In this document: positions 56,279 through 64,000 of the stretch, piece by piece | How positions within the stretch are numbered: position 1 is the first letter of the stretch | Layout of the letters: each line of letters starts with the position of its first letter | Assembly: GCA_009103225.1 (NCBI GenBank) | Contig: RHPI01000385.1 | Coordinates: forward strand, 311,898 to 375,897 | Source: Chlorokybus atmophyticus | Taxonomy: Eukaryota > Plantae > Mesostigma and Chlorokybus algae | DNA: 64,000 bases | Reading direction: 5' to 3' | Made by a program: the position numbers and the translations under genes | The notes under the pieces: model-generated | The model's input: only the letters and a program-made list of their open reading frames with translations | What the model was told of the DNA's origin: nothing | Databases searched by the model: none

Positions 56279-58084
56279 TCATTTGTGATACAAGAATGCA
56301 AGCCCGAAAATCACGAATCCACCCATCTGCAAACAAACGGGCCATGTGCGAAACATGAATAACTCATTAGTGACCACTGTGGACGCACAAAACCGCAACA
56401 GGCAAACATCGTTTTTCACAGGCACCGCGTACCATAGAAAATGCGGAAGCGTAATAGGGGAATGCAGATGGTATGAACCTCTCATACTCATTGTGCCGGA
56501 ACGGCCGCACTGGCACCTGGGTACTCAGCTGCAGGTGTGTGTACCCAACCCGCCGGTAGTCAAGAACGAACTTGAACACGCCGTACACATCAGGGGATTC
56601 AAAGGTTGTGAAGAACTTCCCTTTGCCATCCTGCGACAGCGTGGTGCGAATGTACGGGTCCAACATGACAAACTCCAGCTGCACGTCATCCGCCCGGAAA
56701 GGCCGCCATGCACGCTTTGCGGCATCCCACTCTTCAATTTGCACTTCATAATGAATACGGTCGTTGATGCGATACATGGACGGCGAATGCGAACCCTCTG
56801 GATCGAATGCTCGCCTGTGCACGACGCTGTGCGCCCGCAACCAACCCCGCTCGTGAAATGCCCACTTTGTCAACCCGACAGCAAACTTCTCGTTGCTCGA
56901 CTTGGGTGCAGTGAACAGCGCATCTGAGAAGAGGTCAAGCGAGCCGGACACAATCACGCGAGCTCCATTGCGGGCCTGCATGGCCGTCACGAGGGCAATG
57001 GAGGACCCGGCCAGGGTAGGAGCGCGCGCGACGGGTGTGGCATCCTCTGAGTGCGACCACGAGTAAGCTGTTGGCGAGGCCGAAACCACTGTCACAACGA
57101 GTTCACTTTCTGGGCTAATACTCTGAGCAATGCCACGGAACAACACCGGTGAAGTCAAGGACTCTCCGAGCAAGCGCGCTGCAACCGATGAAGGGTCTGC
57201 TGCCAGCAGCGTGTGGTCCGCCTTGGAAGCCTCAGCTGCATGGTCCACGACAATATACCCGTCTTCATCCAAGTCCACGCCGCACTCGGCAACAACGTCC
57301 CGAACCCACTCACTCGCACCCGGCGCCAGAGCGATGATGGCATCGCCGCCTCCATCCACGAACGCAAGGACGTCAGCAACCTCAATGGTCGACTCTGTGG
57401 TGGGGGCGAAAACCACCAGCTTGTCAAACTGAGCCTCCCCATGCGTGAAGAGCTCCACACTCGAATCATCTGCCTGCAATGCACACATGTTTAATGCGCA
57501 TGTCAATGCACCTGACGAGGGAAGCACCACTCTGTATACTAGCTCTAAAAGCAGTTATTGGCATGCATGACAACCCTGTAGCCAAAGTTATCAAATCAGC
57601 TCAAGCTGCATGGCATGCATCCCCCAGGAACTGCCAGCATGCTAGATGAAGACGTTGGATTGCACGTGCATGCAATGCATGTGCGGTCTAGTGTATGAAG
57701 GAAATGCGTACCGTAGCCACATGCAATGCTTCGATTCCTATGCATGCACATGCACATGGGAGACGCTGTACAGCTTGAAGCAATGAGTTGATCACAACAG
57801 GACGATGGGCATTTAGGCGTAGAAGCTCGGCTGAGCCCCATGCGTCTTACCGTTGTGATGGTGAGGCTGTAGCCTGCCTGCTTGAGGGCGGCAAGGTACT
57901 TGGAGTGTGTGGCCTGGACCGACAGGTCGTCGGCAAGGACAAGCACCCTCCTACCCGTCGTAGCCGGCTCAGCGGCGGTAGAGGCGGATACCCATCTACC
58001 CACTCCACCAACAGCCAGCAGCACCGCCAGCAGCAGCACGGCCGTCACGGGCCTCGCCGCCCCCGCCATCGACGGCGACGCCAT
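56279..58084 (-). CDS. OST48: Oligosaccharyltransferase 48-kDa subunit (OST48/WBP1/DDOST)
   Basis: Signal peptide; THSKYLAAL; MQARNGARVIVSGSLDLFSD; QLEFVMLDPYIR; PDVYGVFKFVLDYRRVGYT; PVRPFRHNEYERFIPSAFPYYASAFSM; C-terminal FLYHK. Confidence 0.97.
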
Positions 58085-58099
58085 GCTGCAGGATGACAG

Positions 58100-58108
58100 T
58101 TAGGGTTT
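58100..58108. promoter_or_regulatory. Telo-box in OST48 5' region
   Basis: AAACCCTAA on the minus strand 16 nt upstream of the ATG. Confidence 0.5.
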
Positions 58109-59106
58109 CGATCCACTGCTTTGTTCAAAGATTCACTGAACGACGTGCTTGGCAGTATTGGTAGTTCACTGAGTCACAATTGGTCACGACAACACGTGAG
58201 ATGCACTGCTGCCAAGTCAGGGCAATCAGGGGCAATCAGGCGCTGCAGGCGGCACTGCTGGGTTGCTGTGTCACTGTGACAAGCGCGTCGCTCATGCAAG
58301 TAGAGACGGTTCGCTTGTGTGCAGCATGCAGCGCCTAGCAAGCATGCGAGACAGCAGGCGATAAAACCGAGACCTGGGAAACCTTCGCACAAGCGTGATG
58401 ACCCAAATGGGCCAAAAATTATTCAGTTGGTTGCATGGGTTCAAACCTTTCGACACTGCTGCACGGTGGTTGGGTTGACAGCTGGCACTTGCTTACTGCC
58501 GTCAATGAAACGCACGCTAGTGCGTTGGCAGGGCGAGACCTGTGAGATGATGGCGAATCTGGCTCCATCACGCATGCACCAGCACAGGAAACTGTCAGAC
58601 GCTGTCTTGAAACACACACGACAACCTCTTCGGCAGGCTGAGGCACTGTCGTCCAGCCTATATATGTTGCGGAGTGACAGCTTGATTGAATGGCCCTAAT
58701 GGGTTGCGTGACCTTGGCTTTCACAGCTGGCGGCAAGCTGTACAGGTTGCTGCCTTGCTTGAGTGCACCCGTCTACTACGGGAAACCTGCTGCAATCTGC
58801 CTTTCAGTTCTCGCTAAGCGTACTTTGCCTACAGCTGCCCAACATAGTAATTCTGCTGCAAGAGTCCACCGCCGCCCCTCGCTCAAAGCGGAAGAGGAAG
58901 AGGACAGCTGCAACGCTACTAGCTTCTGAGAACAGCGCTCCGGACTTGGGACTCGAGGTAAGTTACCTTACATAAGCGCTGAATTCAAAGCTGCTTGCTT
59001 TGATGCTGCCTTCTCTGTACCCTATGCATGCATGCATGGGGTACATGCGTTGTATACGCGTGCAAGCACAGCTCAGGCCAAATGTGTCTGCAAGTCAACT
59101 GTCAGC

Positions 59107-59449
59107 ATGGGAAAGAATACTGCTCCGCCCAAGATCTACATCATCTACCACTCGATCTGGGGGCACGTCCGCACCTTGGCCCACCAGGTGGCTGAGGGGG
59201 TCAAAGAGGCAGGCGGCGAAGTCCATCTCTTCCAGGCGAGTTGCATGCATGTAGACGAAGGGTTTTGGGAAGTGCTTGACTGTCGGATGCGTGCCTGTAT
59301 AGGTGCCTGAGACACTACCAAAAGAGGTCCTTGAGAAGGTAGGCGCAGGTTGCTCTAAGTGCTGCAACTAGAAACTGGCAGCGTTGCTACAAGTCATTGT
59401 GCGCTGCATCAATGTTTGGTTAATTACAGCAAGCCATTACACAATGCAA

Positions 59450-59493
<44 letters not shown>

Positions 59494-60090
59494 NNNNNNN
59501 NNNNNNNNNNNNNNNNNNNNNNNNNNNNNNNNNNNNNNNNNNNNNNNNNNNNNNNNNNNNNNNNNNNNNNNNNNNNNNNNNNNNNNNNNNNNNNNNNNNN
59601 NNNNNNNNNNNNNNNNNNNNNNNNNNNNNNNNNNNNNNNNNNNNNNNNNNNNNNNNNNNNNNNNNNNNNNNNNNNNNNNNNNNNNNNNNNNNNNNNNNNN
59701 NNNNNNNNNNNNNNNNNNNNNNNNNNNNNNNNNNNNNNNNNNNNNNNNNNNNNNNNNNNNNNNNNNNNNNNNNNNNNNNNNNNNNNNNNNNNNNNNNNNN
59801 NNNNNNNNNNNNNNNNNNNNNNNNNNNNNNNNNNNNNNNNNNNNNNNNNNNNNNNNNNNNNNNNNNNNNNNNNNNNNNNNNNNNNNNNNNNNNNNNNNNN
59901 NNNNNNNNNNNNNNNNNNNNNNNNNNNNNNNNNNNNNNNNNNNNNNNNNNNNNNNNNNNNNNNNNNNNNNNNNNNNNNNNNNNNNNNNNNNNNNNNNNNN
60001 NNNNNNNNNNNNNNNNNNNNNNNNNNNNNNNNNNNNNNNNNNNNNNNNNNNNNNNNNNNNNNNNNNNNNNNNNNNNNNNNNNNNNNNNNN

Positions 60091-60161
<71 letters not shown>

Positions 60162-61157
60162 CACACTTACGCGTGTGTTTCAGATGCATGCCGCACCACG
60201 CGGGAACGACCCCACCATCACCGGAGACCAGCTGACGGAGCCAGATGGGATGCTGTGGGGCATTCCGACACGCTACGGCATGATGAGCGCTCAATTCAAG
60301 GTGCAGTTAGCACTGTTGCAATCAGCACTGCTGAAACATTACACTGTCTCCGAGACCACAATGCATGCATGCATGAGACATGACTGCCTCCAGGAGCACA
60401 CTACGTACATGCCGCACACATGAATGTTGCAACTGACACCTGGCAACTGCGACTTGCTGCAGAGTCTCATTGATGCAACCGGTCGGTTGTGGAAGGAGGT
60501 ATGCTTGCAGGACGCATTGCTTTGTCGACTTCAAAAAAGGAATCTTGTCTTTCGCGTTGCTGACCACTTACTGTCACCCTGCAGTGCTCTCTGGTTGGCA
60601 AGCCAGTTGGCATTTTCTTCTGCACATCCACTCAGGGCGGAGGCCAGGTATGTACTGTGGTTGTAGTCCCATCATCACTTAGCACATCTGCATTGCTGAG
60701 ATGGCTGATTGCTGCTCCTCGTTTGCAGGAAACGACTGCGTTGACGGCGGTGACGCAGATCGCGCATCATGGCATGATCTTCGTTCCCATGGGCTACACC
60801 ACCCCTCTTCTGCTCAATATGGATGAGATCCATGGCGGCTCCGGCTACGGCGCTGGCTCCCTAACCACCCCAGATGGCTCGGTACGTATTGAGGGCCACA
60901 TGCAACAAGTTGTAATGCTGCTTGACAAGGGTCAGACTGTTCCCAATTTCCTGTTTGTTCTGTTTGTACTGTGTGCAGTATGCGGCATGCTGGCAGGATT
61001 GTTGTCTGTGTTTGTCTGGGATAATTGAGGTTCAACACTACATTTTATGTACACACAGCGTCTTCCGACTGACCTGGAGCTGGGCATTGCCAAGCATCAG
61101 GGCTTTAACTTTACAATAACAGCAGCGGCTCTGAAGAGAGGCAGAGCCGCCATGTGA
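59107..61157 (+). CDS. Flavodoxin-like NAD(P)H:quinone oxidoreductase (WrbA/FQR1 family)
   Basis: [12 protein letters not shown]; [14 protein letters not shown]; [14 protein letters not shown]; [11 protein letters not shown]; [11 protein letters not shown]; HGGSGYGAG. Confidence 0.95.
59453..60158. repeat. (CT)n microsatellite spanning an assembly gap (intronic)
   Basis: CT repeats on both sides of the Ns. Confidence 0.9.
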
Positions 61158-61599
61158 CGGTATAGCTCTGCGGGGGTGAGCAGCGTCCATGCTGCTTGCA
61201 CTCTGCACCGGCACAACGGCCTGTTGAAACCACCACTCCTGTCGTATAGCCCCCTTGTCGGCAATGCCGCCTTGTCCTTTGTGAACTGTGGCAGTGAGAA
61301 AGTAATCTCCTCTAGGCTTGAACAGCCTTTTTCAAAAACGTGTCACACCATGTGTACGTGTTTAGAACAGAGCGCTGCCCAGCGAGTGACCGGTAACCAA
61401 CACGGGTCTTGGCTCCTCAAGCTTCACACGCTGTTGGAACACAAGGCTAAGCACCTGCAAGCAGTGTTTAGTTAACCAGCATAATGATTGCCCGCTTTTA
61501 GTCAACATGCCAGACCCACTAGCAGCCCCCCCCCCCCCACAGCGAGGAGATTGCGCTGCACATGCAATTTACAAGTCACCTCGCAGACGCTGTATTAAA

Positions 61600-62960
61600 G
61601 AAGCTCGCATAGCACAGGCGGAGGAGGGGGAGGGGAAGGAAGAGAGAGAGGGCGTGGAAGGAGGATGAGAGGGAGGGAGAGAGGGAGGGAGGGAGAGCCG
61701 TTGCTGTGCTGCATGTTGCGTTGCTGCTGCTGCCACAGCCGTTGACTGCCGTCATTGACGCTGCTACTCGTGCTTGTACAGGTGATTACATTTTGCTGCA
61801 TGCATGCTGGCATGACTAACGGGGTGGTGGTGTAGTTGTTGGCCTAGATGTAGTAGTGTAGCCCGGTGGTTGAATATATGTGAGAGTGTATATAAGGGGT
61901 ATGGTACGGTGTGCGCCTGCCTGGTTGTTGTCTGCGTGATGACATATGCATGAGCAAGCACGCCCCGCATTGTTTGTACATTCAAGAAGCACGCACGTCA
62001 CACATCAGAAGCTGTAATATACATAGAATGCAAGGATTGTGGCATGCATGAGAGTGTGACACAGTGTAGTGTACAGAATATGCACATGATGTATGCAACA
62101 TGCACGACACATGCATGGACACTTAACAACAATCACACTCACCTCTATCACGACCACCGGGCTTGGTATACACTACCTACTACTACCTACTTCACTACTC
62201 TACTGCCCAACCGTCAGTCTGCAAGCATGCATTACCTGCCACATCGCCAGTAGAGTCAGCCTTGAGTAGGACCACGTTGACGACCACAATGACTAGCAGA
62301 CTCCCCCCGCCGCCGCTCCCAACCTCCGCCACCACGACAACTGCTGTCGCAGCTGCTTTTTGCCACAGCATACTTAGGGTTTCGTCAGCCGTCTACGGCC
62401 TTGGCATGCACGGCAAAAAACTCCCTGAGTTGCTGCGGCCATGTGCACTTGACTCTAACGACACGGGCATTGCACTGCTCCCCATGTATTTACACTCGCC
62501 CATCGCGCCCGTCCGTCTTCAGCTGCGTCCGTCTTCAGCACTGCTATGCATTGCGGACTGCATGCATGTTTGCTACATTCTCATGCATGCGACAATCCTT
62601 GCATACTATATTATACACATGCATGAGTAGTCTACTTACAACACCATGAAGCACTCTCATTAACCACCGGGCTGCTAACCTAGCTGCTACCTACCTTCTC
62701 TACTGCCCATACCCCATTAGACATGCATGCATGCATGCGTGCGTCATCACCTGCACATGCACCTTGGTAAGCGGCCTTCTTGCAGCAGCAGCGGCCACAC
62801 CAGCAGCAGGACTCAACGGACTCCCCCTCCCGCTTCACCCCACACCCCCGCCGCCATCTCCGCCAGCCTCCTACTGCCGTCTTGTCAACTGCCGGCTTAG
62901 GGTTTTGTCAGTACACGCACGCATGCATGTACAACAAGCACGGAAACTCCCTCTGCGGCG
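61600..62960. repeat. Cluster of diverged ~300-bp repeats (one + copy, two - copies), same family as the TRIM target site
   Basis: Ordered motifs shared with 9670-9766/11113-11340: CTGAC(G/A)AAACCCTAA (minus copies), purine-rich tract, CAGGT, CTAA(C/T)GGGG (clear in the + copy and second - copy), AGCCCGGTGGT. Confidence 0.7.
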
Positions 62961-64000
62961 GTGCATGTCGTGGCTGTGTGAAAGAAGCTCAAGTCGCACA
63001 TCAACAACGCACTCACAAGTCAGCTCTGAGACGCTCTATTATATAAGCTCACATCGCACATCAAAGCAGCTCCATTATAGAAGCTGTGACTGCCAATGCA
63101 ACAACAGAGCATGAACTGTGGTGGCGGTGGTGGTGAACCAAGCCTAAGCAGCAACTAGTCCAAGCAGCAACCAGTGGTCAGTACTTGACGCTGTACTGCA
63201 AGCACCAGCAACGTCAGCCATGTGTGGCATGCATGCATCAACTGCACGCACAACAGCCAGCACGCAAAGAGCCTCTAAGCCAACTGGTTGACTGGCTAAC
63301 TTTGCTGGTAAGTTGCACTGACAGAATGAACTGGCGTTGGCATGATGTTAATGCACTGGCATAAACTGTCAGCAGGTGTGTGCACCGGCTGTGGTCTGTA
63401 CTTGCTCGTGTTGGTCGTGATTGCATACTCTTGCTGCACAGTGCTTGCTAGTGTTGGTCAATGCTAGCTAACGGTGTCGATTAGTGCTTGCTAGTTAGTG
63501 CTGGCTTGTGTTAGTGCTTGCTAGTGCTTTACCACGTGCACCTTATCTAACTACCAAGCTCTCCGTTTTAATTGCAGTCCGCGGCACGTCTACGGGAGTG
63601 CAAGGTCTCTCATGGCGCTATGGAGGCATACCGGGGCAAAAGGCATACATGCAACTGCAACAGTTGTCAAGCTAGAGAGAACAGACAACAAGGCAAGGAA
63701 GTCATGTGCAAATTGCTCGGAACCACTGCCACAAGCTTTGGTGGACTGCGGTTGGGCTGCTCATGCAGGTGTGCTGCAACGATGTATGAATGAAGCCATG
63801 AGTAACTGTCAACATGTGTATGACATGCAGCATGCAGAAACCCATACCAAGAAACTTTCTACATGTGGCGACCGCCAACCTTTTATGTTAAGGGAGGGGC
63901 GATTGCTCTATTTAAACTTTAACCACTTGAAGTGCACCCTCCGCCCTCCTCGCCCTTGCGCTGCTGCTGGTTGCGAGCACTTGAACTCAGCCGGTTGCTC

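Noticed and set aside
59359-60423. Long ORFs with SL/ER repeats
   Set aside because: Artefacts of translating a (CT)n microsatellite and Ns inside an FQR1 intron.

Overview
Eukaryotic, intron-rich genome, most likely a green alga (Viridiplantae), judged from plant-like orthologues such as NXD1, DUF1997 and HRD3 and from AAACCCTA telo-boxes. Two gene-dense blocks flank a retroelement-rich block. The left block (2-14.6 kb) holds spastin, agmatine deiminase and Elongin A. The right block (31-61 kb) holds UBC19/UBE2C, a TLDc protein, HRD3/SEL1L, a DnaJ-GPALPP protein, NXD1, RPS25, an RNase MRP RNA gene, RTF2, DUF1997, OST48 and a WrbA/FQR1 quinone reductase. Mobile DNA comprises three elements. 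(i) A 1.35-kb tandem array of a 419-bp TRIM (89-bp LTRs, PBS, PPT, 5-bp TSD) whose LTR/internal junction carries a tRNA-type Pol III A box and B box, with a T4 run just upstream of the A box. (ii) A decayed 14-kb minus-strand Ty3/Gypsy chromovirus whose PPT/LTR and PBS junctions match the TRIM. (iii) A nearly intact plus-strand chromovirus nested inside it. Both chromoviruses appear to carry a degenerate Dam-like N6-adenine methyltransferase domain ahead of the protease. All gene models were spliced and identified by eye; no database searches were run.
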